A stretch of 62,678 nucleotides of DNA, the filler included, from Chiloscyllium plagiosum (taxonomy: Eukaryota): the NCBI RefSeq assembly GCF_004010195.1. It is 4 parts of one record of this genome, joined end to end, with 100 filler letters (N's around TTAATTAATTAA, not from the genome) between each part and the next. Parts side by side here need not be neighbours in the genome. Positions count along the whole stretch, not along the records: positions 1 to 28,653 come from NC_057713.1; positions 28,754 to 52,194 come from NC_057713.1; 2 more parts are not named here. One strand, given 5' to 3'. The translations under genes and the position numbers were made by a program. Below are positions 25,940 to 36,471 of this stretch, in pieces. Numbering within the stretch: position 1 is the first letter of the stretch; each line of letters starts with the position of its first letter. The notes beneath the pieces were generated by a model that saw nothing but the letters and a program-made list of their open reading frames with translations, had not been told where the DNA came from and searched no databases.

Positions 25940-28156
25940 CTCTTTCCTTTTTTATAACTTTAGTCTCAATTTTGGTAAAGTTAAGATTAAAAATGGCAGG
26001 AGATCTCAGACCGTGTTATGTTCCTCTTGCTCAAAGTGGGAGTTCAGGGACACAGCTGATATCCCTGGCTTCTTCACGTACAAGAAGCGTGTCCAGTTGC
26101 AGCACTTATTAGACAGCATGATTGCTCTGGAGCTGTGGATGAACTCACTTTGGAGCATACGCAATGCTGAGGGGGTCGTGAATAGCACATTTAGTGAATT
26201 GGTCACACTGCAAATCAGGATTGCTGAGGGAGAAAGGGAATGGATGACCAAAAAGCAGAGAAAGAGCAGGGAGGCAGTGCAGGTATCCCCTATAGTCATC
26301 TCCCTCCAAAAAAGGTATACCATTTTGAATACTATTGGGGGAGATGGCTCACTGAGGAAAGGCTGGTTCTGCTGTACAGAAGGGTGGGAAAAAGAGTGGA
26401 AGGGCGAAAATCATAAGGGATTCAGTTGTAAGGGGAGTAGATAGGTGTTTCTGTGGTTGAAAATGATACTCCTGAATGGTATGTTGCCTTCCAGGTGCAT
26501 GGGTCAGGGATGTCTCATATTGACTGCAGAAAATTGCCAAGGGGAGGGTGAACAGCCAGTTTCGTAGTGCATGTAGGCACCAATGATATAGGTAAAAAAT
26601 AACAGGATGAGGTTCTACATGACGAATTAAGGGAGTTAGGAACCAAGTTAAGTAGTAGGACCTTAGAGATAGTAATCTAAGGATTGCTACCAGTGGCACG
26701 TGTTAGAGTTGGAATGATAGAATATTCAGGATGAATGCATGGCTTGAGAGATGGTGCAGGAGGGAGGGGTTCAGATTTTTGGAACTTTGGGACCAGTTCT
26801 GGAGGAGGTGGGACTATTACAAGTTGGAGATGGTCTACACCTGAACCAGATTGGAACCAATGTCCTTGGGGGTGCTTTTGCTAACGCTGTTGGGGAGGGT
26901 TTACACTATGTGGCAGGGGGATGGAACCCAAATAAAGAGGTTAGCAGACAGGAAGGAGGTAGTAACTAAAGCCTGTAAGGAACTAGATAACGAAGTCAGC
27001 GTGATTAAGAGGAAGAACATGCAGGAAGCAGCGGATGAACATAGGGACTGGTGGTCTGAGGTGCATTTGTTTTAATGCAAGAAGTATAGGAGGTAAGGTA
27101 GATGACTCAGGCAACTGACTGTGTGGAGTTTGCACGTTCTCCCCGTGTCTGCGTGGGTTTCCTCCGGGTGCTCCGGTTTCCTCCCACAGTCCAATGATGT
27201 GCAGGGTCAGATGAATTGGCCATATTAAATTGCCCGTAGTGTTAGGTAAGGGGTAAATGTAGGGGTATGGGTGGGTTTCGCTTCAGCGGGTCGGTGTGGA
27301 CTTGTTGGGCCGAAGGGCCTGTTTCCACACTGTAATCTAATCTAATCTAATCTAAACTTCAGGCTTGGATTAGTACCTGGGAGTATGATGTTAATTGCTA
27401 TTACTGAGACTTGGTTGAGGGAAGGGCATGATTGGCAACTAAATGTCCCAGGATATCAATGCTTCAGGCGGGATAGAGAGGGAGGAAAAGTGGTGGAGGA
27501 GTTGCATTACTGTTCAAAGAAGGTATCACAGGAGGGCACTATAGACACGAGCAGTGAGGCAATATGAGCAGAGCTCAGAAATAGGGAGAGTGTGGAAACA
27601 ATGTTGGGGCTGTACTACAGGCTTCCCAACAGCGAACGTGAGATGGAGGTACAAATATGTGGAGAGATCGTAGAAAGATGTAGGAGCAACAGGGTGGTGG
27701 TGAAAGAGATTTTAATTTTCCCAACATTGACTGGCATTCAGGATTGGATGGAGCAGAATTTGTAAGGAGCACCCAGGAGGGTTTTCTGGAGCAGTATGTA
27801 AGTAGTCCAACTCTGGAATAGGCCATACTGGACCTGGTGTTATGAAATGAGTCTGGCCAGATGGTTGAAGTTTCAGTGGGGGATTACTTTGGGATCACAA
27901 TTCCATAAACTTTAGGATACTCATGGACAAAGGCGAGAGTGGTCCTGAAGGAAGTGTGCAAAATTGGGGAAAACCAACTGTACCAAAATTCAGCAGAAGC
28001 TGGAGAATGTAGATTGGGCACAGCTGTTTGAAGATAAATCCACATTCAATATGTGGGAGGCTTTTAAAGAGAGGTTTAGACTTCAGTAGAAATGTGTTCC
28101 TGTGCAAATGAGGGATAGAAATGATTAGGGAATCATGGATGACCTGGAAAATTGAG
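25940..28156 (+). mobile_element. CR1 LINE 5' portion: ORF1 (zinc finger plus SGNH esterase) and ORF2 endonuclease
   Basis: VLCSSCSKWE, VCCLPGA, HVGTND, GDGLHLNQIGTNVLG (ORF1); IAITETWLREGHDWQLNVPGYQCFRRDR and DFNFPNIDW (EN); frameshifted. Confidence 0.85.
27107..27356 (+). mobile_element. HE1-type SINE, 5'-truncated, inserted in CR1
   Basis: V-domain and (AATCT)n tail. Confidence 0.9.
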
Positions 28157-28653
28157 AGCTGAAAATGTGTTGCTAGAAAAGCGCAGCAGGTCAGGCAGCA
28201 TCCAGGGAACAGGAGAATCGACGTTTTGGGCATAAGCCCTTCTTCAGGAATGAGGAAAGTTTGTCCAGCAGGCTAAGATAAAAGGTAGGGAGGAGGGACT
28301 TGGGGGAGGGGCGTCGGAAATGTGATAGGTGGAAAGAGGTCAAGGTGAGGGTGATAGGTCAGACGGGAGTGGGGGCGGAGAGGTCGGGAAGAAGATTGCA
28401 GGTTAGGAAGGCGGTGCTGAATTCGATGGATTTGACTGAGACAAGGTGGGGGGAGGGGAAATACCTTGTCTCAGTCAAATCCATCGAACTCAGCACCGCC
28501 TTCCTAACCTGCAATCTTCTTCCCCACCTCTCTGCCCCCACCCCAGTCTGGCCTATCACCCTCACCTTGACCTCTTTCCACCGATCACATTTCCGACGCC
28601 CCTCCCCCAAGTCCCTCCTCCCTACCTTTTATCTTACCCTGCTGGACAAACTT
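28157..28653. mobile_element. Young PLE pseudo-LTR inverted repeat running into a contig end
   Basis: Arms 28259-28444 / 28467-28653 are nearly perfect reverse complements; hammerhead-like motif on minus at 28217-28251; almost identical to 59712-59890. Confidence 0.85.
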
Positions 28654-28753
28654 NNNNNNNNNNNNNNNNNNNNNNNNNNNNNNNNNNNNNNNNNNNNTTA
28701 ATTAATTAANNNNNNNNNNNNNNNNNNNNNNNNNNNNNNNNNNNNNNNNNNNN
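28654..28753. other. Artificial contig linker N44-TTAATTAATTAA-N44
   Basis: Identical 100-bp pattern occurs three times; the 12-mer gives stops in all six frames. Confidence 0.95.
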
Positions 28754-29716
28754 GAGCCAGTCTCAATACCAGAAACTTGGCTGTTCGTGCTACGTTCCTC
28801 TGAGAATCCATCACCCCCTACATTTGCCAAATAGCATACCTGTTCAGAATGGGTACATCCACAAAAGACTCCTGCACTAGCTGCCTACCTCTCTTACCCT
28901 TCCTGGAGTTAACCCATCTATGTGACTGTATCTGAGACATTCCCCCCTTCCTATAACTGCCATCCATCACATACTGTTGCTGTTGGAAATTCCTCATTGC
29001 TTCTAACTGTCTCTCCAACTGATCCATTCGATCTGATAAGATTCGCAGCCTACAGCATTTATGACAGATATAATCCGCAGTAACCCTTAAACTCTCTTTA
29101 AACTCCCACATCTAACAAGAAGTACATATTAAAGGTCATTTTTGCTCCTTCACAATCTACAGACCCAGAAAATAACACCGTCTTATTCCTCTACAAACAC
29201 TGCCCCAGGTTAAATTAATAGCTATGGCTTATATTTTAAGTTTAATCGAGAGACATGTCTCCAAAAAACATATAATCAGGAAAGACCCCACTTTACTCCC
29301 TACTGCAGATTCTCTGTAGGCAACACTTAAAAACAACGATTAACTTATCTGATTCTGTGCTCTGAACTTCGCCCAACAGTTCCTCCAAGATTAGTTGTGA
29401 ATTTCACTGTTTGTTAATTTTCCCAGATGCACTCCGATATCCAGTGATACATGAATTCAAACAGCAACTGTGCAGGTTCTCTCTTTCACTCTCTCTCCTG
29501 CACTGTCCTCACCATGTGCTTCCTTTGTCTGCTCTTCTCTCCTTTAATACTGCTGTTGTTTTGATTTTTTTTTTCCAAAGTTCCAAAACAATGCAACAGC
29601 ATATAAAACAGTAATTGTTGCTCCTGGAATTCGAAGAAATCACCTAAAGTACCTCAAAAAAAGGAGAAGCTGTTACAGCCAGAAATTTTTCCCGTCCTCC
29701 ATCTTGGATTACCCAG
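28754..29716 (-). mobile_element. CR1 LINE 5' UTR and ORF1 N-terminus
   Basis: Minus ORF MWEFKESLRVTADYICHKCCRLRILSDRMDQLERQLEAMR is the CR1 ORF1 zinc finger/coiled coil. Confidence 0.8.
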
Positions 29717-30109
29717 TGAGACTCTGCATCAACTAAATGTTGATAAATAGAAGTTTTTATAAAGGTTGCCTGTTCTTAAAGTTGTCACCAGGATGATATG
29801 ACATCCACTGCAAGGGTGGATCTTCCAGTCCTCCTTAGAGTGGTGGAACAAATGGAAACATGGTTTTCTACAGGAAATTTCATAAGGACCTGCAGAAAAA
29901 AGGATTGCAGGCAATGAGTCAAGATGGTGGCAGAGTAGGATGCTCCTGACAGAAATCCTTTGCTCTGCCTGTTCCTTTTCTTTCTACTTCCTTTTTCATC
30001 TCACTTTTTTCTTATTCTCTCCCCTCAGCACCAGAGGGGAATACTGGTGCAGCAGCAGATGCTGGCAAAAAATCCCTCGAGAAGCGAGTTCTGTACAGTG
30101 CATGAGTTA

Positions 30110-32665
30110 CGAGCCATGGGACAGAACAAGCAGTGAGCCCTGTTACAGCACGTGGGCTATGGGCCCAGAAACAGAACAAGCAGTGAGTCCTATTACAGTG
30201 TGTGCGCTATGAGCCCTGGAACAGAGCGAGCAGTGAGCTCTATTACAGCATATGGTCTACAAGCCCTGGAACAGAGGGAGCAGTGAGCCCTACAACACCA
30301 CAAGCAGCAAGTCCTATTACAGCACAGAGGTTATTCAAAAATTATTGAGTTGTATAACAAGGAGTTTAATTCTCCTATGCCAAACTGAGATAGCAATGGT
30401 GCAAAGGTTGGTGATGCAGGTGAAGAGCTCCCACAGTACTTTTGAGAAAATGTTCCAATCCAATGATAAAGGAGGCATTGCTGGAACTGCTTATAGGAAA
30501 TGAGCTGGGTCAAGTAGCTTAAGCAAGGGAACAGTGAGAAGAAATGATCATTGAATCGTAAAGACTGGCTATGGAAAGGTACAAAGAGAAATTCAGAGTG
30601 AGAATAATTAATGGAGGGATGCCAAACTTCAAGTGAGAACAGATCTGGTCTAGATAAATTAGAATCAAAGATTGGCAAGCAAACTTGTAAATGAATATTG
30701 GGCTGCTTTCAAGGAAGGCATAATTAAGTTGCAGTCAAGATATATTCCCAGGAGGCCTAATGGTAAACAAAATGTAAAAATGCAGAGCTCCCTGGATATT
30801 GAAATAATGAAGCAGAAAAAGGTGTATACAACAGATATCAGGTCAATAATACAATTGAATCCGCGCTCAACATAGAAGGTTCAGAGGGGGAATTGAATAA
30901 AGAGGCAAGAGAAGCAAAGTAAAAGTATGTGCAGAGACTGGCAGCCAACATAAAAGGGAATTCAAAAGTCTTCTGTAGACATATAAATGGCCCTGGAACA
31001 GAACGAGTAGTGAGCCCCGCAACACCACAAGCAGCAAGCACTGGAGCAGCACATGGGCTGTAGGTCCTGGAACAGGGCTCACTGCTCGCTCTGTTATAGC
31101 ACATGGGCTATGGGCCCTAGAACAGAGCGAGGACTGATCTCTATTAGTATGTGGGCTATGGGTTCTGGAACAGAGCGAGCAGTGATCTCTATTAGTGTGT
31201 GGGCTATGGGTCCTGGAACAGAGCAAGCAGTGAACTCTATTAATGTGTGGGCTATGGTCTCTGGAACAGAGCGAGCAATTATCTCTATTAGTGTGTGTGC
31301 TATGGGCCCTGGGACAGAGCAAGCAGTGAGCCTTATTACAGTGTGTGGGCTACGGGCCCTGGAACAGAGCGAGCAGTGATCTCTATTACAGTGTGTGAGC
31401 TACGGGCCCTGGAACAGTGCGAGCAGTGATCTTTATTAGTGTGTGGGCAATGGGCCCTGGAACAGAGCGAGCAATGATCTTTATTAGTGTGTGGGCTATG
31501 GGCCCTGGGATAGAGCAAGCAGTGAGCCCTTTTTCAGTGTGTGGGCTATGGGCACTGGAACAGGGCAAGCAGTGAGCCCTATTACAGTGTGTGGGCTATG
31601 GGCTCTGGACCAGAGTGAGCAGTGATCTCTATTACAGTGTGTGAGCTATGGGCCCTGGAACAGAGCGAACAGTGATCTCTATTAGTGTGTGGGCTATGGG
31701 CCCTGGAACGGAGCAAGCAGTGAGCCCTATTACAGAGTGTGGACTATAAGTCCTGGAACAGAGTGAGCAGTGAGCCCTATTATAGCGTGTGGGCTATGAG
31801 TCCTGGAACAGAGCGAGCAGTGAGCCCTATTACAGCGTGTGGGCTACGAGTCCTGGAACAGAGCGAGCAGTGAGCCCTATTACAGCGTGTGGGCTACGGG
31901 TTCTGGAACAGAGCGAGCAGTGAGCCCTATTACAGCGTGTGGGCTACGGGTCCTGGAACAGAGCGAGCAGTGAGCCCTATTACAGCGTGTGGGCTACAAG
32001 TCCTGGAACAGAGCGAGCAGTGAGCGCTATTACAGCATGTGGGCTACTGGCCCTGGAATAGAGCGAGCTGTGACCCCTATTACAGCGTGTGGGCTACGGG
32101 CCCTGGAACAGGGTGAGCAGTGAGCCCTATTACAGTGTGTGGGCTATGGGCCCTGGAACAGGGGCTACAAGCCCTGGAACAGAGCGAGCAGTGATCTCTA
32201 TTACAGCGTGTGGGCTATGGACCCTGGAACAGAGCGAGCAGTGAGCTCTATTACAGCGTGTGGGCTATGGGCCCTGGAACATGGTGAGCAGTGAGCCCTA
32301 TTACAGTGTGTGGACTACGGGCCCTGGAACATGGTGAGCAGTGAGTCCTATTACAGCATGTGGGCTACGGGCCCTGGAACAGATCGAGCAGTGAGCTCTA
32401 TTACAGCGTGTGGGCTACGGGCCCTGGAACAGAGCAAGCAGTGAGCCCTATTACAGCGTGTGGGCTACGAGCCCTGGAACAGAGGGAGCAGTGAGCCCTA
32501 TTACATCGTGTGGGCTACGAGCCCTGCAACAGAGGGAGCAGTGATCTCTATTACAGCGTGTGGGCTACGAGCCCTGGAACAGAGCGAGCAGTGAGCCCTA
32601 TTACAGCACGTGGGCTATGGGCCCTAGAACAGAGCGAGCAGTGAGCTCTATTACAGCGTGTGAGC
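30110..32665 (+). repeat. 50-bp minisatellite (about 4 units at 30110-30325, about 33 units at 30990-32665)
   Basis: Unit GGGCCCTGGAACAGAGCGAGCAGTGAGCCCTATTACAGCGTGTGGGCTAC; period of 50 is visible directly at 31801/31851; some 48-bp variants. Confidence 0.95.
30330..30989 (+). mobile_element. Internal CR1 ORF2 fragment (EN-RT linker) inside the 50-bp array
   Basis: EYWAAFKEGIIKLQSRYIP, RLAANIKGNSKVFCRHIN; no 3' tail. Confidence 0.65.
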
Positions 32666-33047
32666 CCTAGAGCAGCACATTGGCTACGAGTCCCAGAATA
32701 GAGTCAGGAAGCAGACCCAGAGCAATGTGCACACAGCAAGTTCTAGGCCAATACCGACACAGGGGAGGCAGTTATGGAACTTACCCTGGAGCACCTGAGA
32801 GCCGGTAGGTTTGAGGATTTGTGTGAAGCAGGGAAAAGGGTTTTGGACTGGGGTCGTGTTTGGCAGTCAGACCACATGCGTACGCCCTGCACTGAGCTGC
32901 TGCACTGTAATGTCTATTTGAAATTTCCTACCTCACTGTAATGTTAACCCTTTAATGTTGTCCTTTTTTAACTTATTTTTCAACAATGTAAGCAATGCAA
33001 TTACTTTTTTATCCTCTGCTGAATCCAAGAATTGTATCTAGGTACTT

Positions 33048-34322
33048 AGAACACAGAACAAAAAAAATTTCAGCACAGGACCAGGCCCTTCGGCCCTCCA
33101 AACCTGCGCCAATCCAGATCCTCTATCTAAACCTGCCACCTATTTTCTAAAGGTCTGTATCCATGTGCTCTATGCTTATTCATGTATCTATCTCGATACA
33201 TCTTAAATGACATTATCATGCCCGCCTCTACCACCTCCACTGGCAACGTGTTCCAGGATCCGAACACCCCAAAGAACTTTCCACACATCTCTCCCTTAAA
33301 CTTTCCCCATCTCACTTAGATTAGATTAGATTAGATTTCCTACAGTGTGGAAACAGGCCCTTCGGCCCAACCAGTCCACACTGACCCTCCGAAGAGCAAC
33401 TCACCCAGACCCATTTCCCTCTGACTAATGTACCTAACACTATGGGCAATTTAGCATGGCCAATTCACCTGACCTGCACATCTTTGGACTGTGGGAGGAA
33501 ACCGGAGCACCCGGAGGAAACACATGCAGACACGGGGAGAATGTGCAAACTCCACACAGACAGTCGCCCGAGGCTGGAATCCAACCTGGGACCCTGGTGC
33601 TGTGAGGCAGCAGTGCTAACCACTGAGCCACCATGCCACCCCACAGAATTCGTGACCCCTCAGAATTGAATCCCCACTCTGGGAAAAAGCTTCTTGCTAT
33701 CCACCCTGTCTACACTTCATGATTTTGTAGACCTCAATCAGGTACCCCCACAACCTCCATCTTTCTAATAAAAATAATCCTTATCTACTCAACGTCTCTT
33801 CATGGATAGTGCCCTCCATACTAGGCAACATCTGGTGAGCCTCCTCTGCACCCTCTCCAAAGCATCCACATCCTTTTGGTAATGTGGCAACCAGAACAGT
33901 ACGCAGTATTCCAAATGTGGCCGAACCAAAGTCCTATACAACTGTAACATGACCTGCCAACTCTTGTACTCAATACCCCGTCCATGAAGGAAAGCATGCC
34001 ATATGCCTGCTTAACCACTCTACTGACATGCGTTGCCACCTTCAGTGTAAAATAGACCAGAATACCCAGATCTCTCTGTACATCAATTTTCCCCAAGGCT
34101 TTTTCATTTACTGTCTTGTTCACTCTTGAATTGGATCTTCCAAAATGCATCACCTTGCATTTGCCCAGATTGAACTCCATCTGCCATTTCTCTGCCCAAT
34201 TCTCCAATCTATCTATACCTGCAGCTGTCAGATGCTGCATTCTCTGACAGTCCCCTTCACTGTCTGCCACTCCATCAATCTTGATGTCACGTGCAACCAT
34301 GCTAATCAGACCACCTCTACCT
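33048..34322 (-). mobile_element. CR1 LINE 3' portion
   Basis: Minus ORF IDRLENWAEKWQMEFNLGKCKVMHFG...QRDLG; AGAACACAGAAC tail. Confidence 0.9.
33316..33640 (-). mobile_element. HE1-type SINE, full length, inserted in CR1
   Basis: (AGATT)n tail, V-domain and tRNA head on the minus strand. Confidence 0.92.
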
Positions 34323-34676
34323 TCATGACTTGGACTGATGATGTCACCATAAGAAGGCAGACATTATAAAACCTTTTTACTGTATTATTATATAAAAGGA
34401 AAGAGTGAGAAGTTGATCCCACTGAAATAACAGCAGAAATTGGGGGAGAAACTCAACATGTCAGAGTATGAACTTTCTTTCTGGTGATAATAATCTGAAA
34501 ACTGGGAATCAATCTATCACTGTCCTTTTTTCTTGCATTTGTACCAGGTCAGTTTCCTTTTCATTTATAATGTTAGAAAAACATGATTGTGCGTAATTCA
34601 CAACGCTTTTGTAGAGGAGCTGAATGAAATTGTGCTTAAATGAATCAATATGTTTAAGAATGTATCATAAATTGGC

Positions 34677-34780
34677 GCTGAAAATGTGTTGCTGGAAAAG
34701 CGCAGCAGGTCAGGCAGCATCCAGGGAACAGGAGAATCGATGTTTCGGGCATAAGTCCTTCTTTAGGCCTCACTTTCTCC
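34677..34780. mobile_element. Miniature PLE-end insertion with TSD
   Basis: Minus-strand pseudo-LTR piece joined to a plus-strand terminal CCTCACTTTCTCC; exact 14-bp TSD TATCATAAATTGGC at 34663-34676 and 34781-34794. Confidence 0.8.
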
Positions 34781-34989
34781 TATCATAAATTGGCAGTGAT
34801 CAATTATGGTTATCTAGTGTCACAAGTGTTCTGACCAATGACAATCACAGGAACAGTCTTCCATTTACCAGACAATGCTGTTTACAATCCTAGAGCTTTT
34901 CATCTCAGGACCCTGAGTAAGTCTTGCTGCAGTGCAAGGGATGTGAAGCCTGCCTTTCCCATAATGCTGCAAGAACTGGAAATGCCCTT

Positions 34990-35262
34990 CAGGCTTCCTA
35001 GGCCATTTTAGAGGGTAGTTAAGAGTCAACCACTTTGCTGTCGATCTGGAGTCACATATAGGCCAGGCCTCCTCTCCTAAAGCATGTTAGTGAAACAGAT
35101 GGGTTTTTCATGACAATCAACAATGATTCCATAGTCAGTATTAGACTCCAAATTCCAGAAATTTATTGGATTCAATTTTCACCATCTGCCATGGCAGGAT
35201 TTGAACCCAGGTCCCCAGAACATTATTAGCATAGCAAGAAAACATCACACTATTGCTTGCCC
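34990..35262 (-). mobile_element. tRNA-derived SINE (MetaSINE-like)
   Basis: Reverse complement of the 48625-48943 family (CATCTGCCATGGCAGGATTTGAACCC). Confidence 0.7.
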
Positions 35263-35749
35263 TGTAACATGTCGTTCGAATTTAAGGTATCAATGCATTT
35301 TAATTTCATATATTTCTTTTATAAAGAATAATGATTATTAATATTATTAATTAATTGTAAATGGAATTGCTTTTAAAATTATTTTTAAACACTAATTCTA
35401 ATTGCAGTTAGTTCTTATTTAACTTCAATGTTATTTAATAATTTTTATTGAATGATTGGGGATGAGGGAAATGAGTGGTAAGGGGGTAGGATAGCAAATG
35501 CATAGATAGGCATCTAGGTAGGATAATAGGTGAGGGGGGTGATAGGGTAGTAAATGGATAGGATTGCCAGCGGGTAAGGAGGTAAGTGACAGGTAGGTAA
35601 AGTGGGAGGTGTTGAGAGGAGGTGGGTAGATGTCAGGTGGATAGGCTGGTAGAATGGTAGCTGGGTATGGAATAGAGTGGCATGTTGTTGAGGGGTAGTG
35701 TGCCAGGTGGTTATGTTGATGACCCCTGGCTACTGGCAGTTATTGAAAT

Positions 35750-36010
35750 CAGCATCTTGACGAACAAATTTGAAAAAAAGACATACATTGTTTCATGCAT
35801 TTCATGACCTCTAGATTCCCCAAAGCGCACTAAAAATGATGAAACATTTTTGAAGCACAGTCAACATTGTACATCTGACTCCCAGATGATCCAAGTAAAA
35901 GCATCAATTTCCTTTAGTGCTGCCCTGCAGGGTCAACTCTGAAGCTTTGCTTCAGTCTCCAGATTGGGAAGTGAACCAACATCCTACTGATTCAGAGACT
36001 ACCACAGAGA
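35750..36010 (-). mobile_element. Possible ancient DeuSINE-like remnant
   Basis: TTTTGAAGCACAGTC...TAGTGCTGCCCTGCAGGGTCA...GAACCAACATCCTACTGATTCAGAG resembles a reverse Deu-domain SINE; very degenerate. Confidence 0.45.
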
Positions 36011-36448
36011 CATGACCTTATTATTTGTTACAGAAGAAAATAGCTCTAAATGCCAGAGTATACTCACATCAGGAGAACAGACAGGATAAGAACTGGTTTC
36101 CATTCTGTCAGTTTGCACATTTGTGCAAAGACGTCATTTGAATTTCTTCCTATCTGATTTTATAAACTCTGCTTGATGCAGAATGTTTGGGATTTATAAA
36201 AGTGGGGCACTTGATGCATTCACAAACTGCTAAAATATCTAAATATTCATTCAAATATACTGTTAGCAATGACAGTAGCCTAGTGGCCTGCTCTCTGCCT
36301 GATGAAGTGGAGGTGATTCTGTGTGCCAATCCTGTTTGGCTGCCAAAGTTTAGCACTGCAATACACCTCCAATAAGATGGGAGCTAGTTATCTGCATGAC
36401 TGAATGCTAATGTCTCTCCAGGCCCATTCTTAGGCAGTAGATTTCACA

Positions 36449-36471
36449 CCTCTCTCTCTCTCTCTCTCTCT
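36449..36471. repeat. (CT)n microsatellite
   Basis: About 11 perfect CT units. Confidence 0.95.

Noticed and set aside
28698..28709. TTAATTAATTAA as a biological palindrome or piggyBac-like site
   Set aside because: Sits at the exact centre of identical N blocks; a synthetic six-frame-stop linker
30990..32665. CRISPR-like array of hairpin repeats
   Set aside because: Units are head-to-tail with no unique spacers, no cas genes, and the DNA is vertebrate
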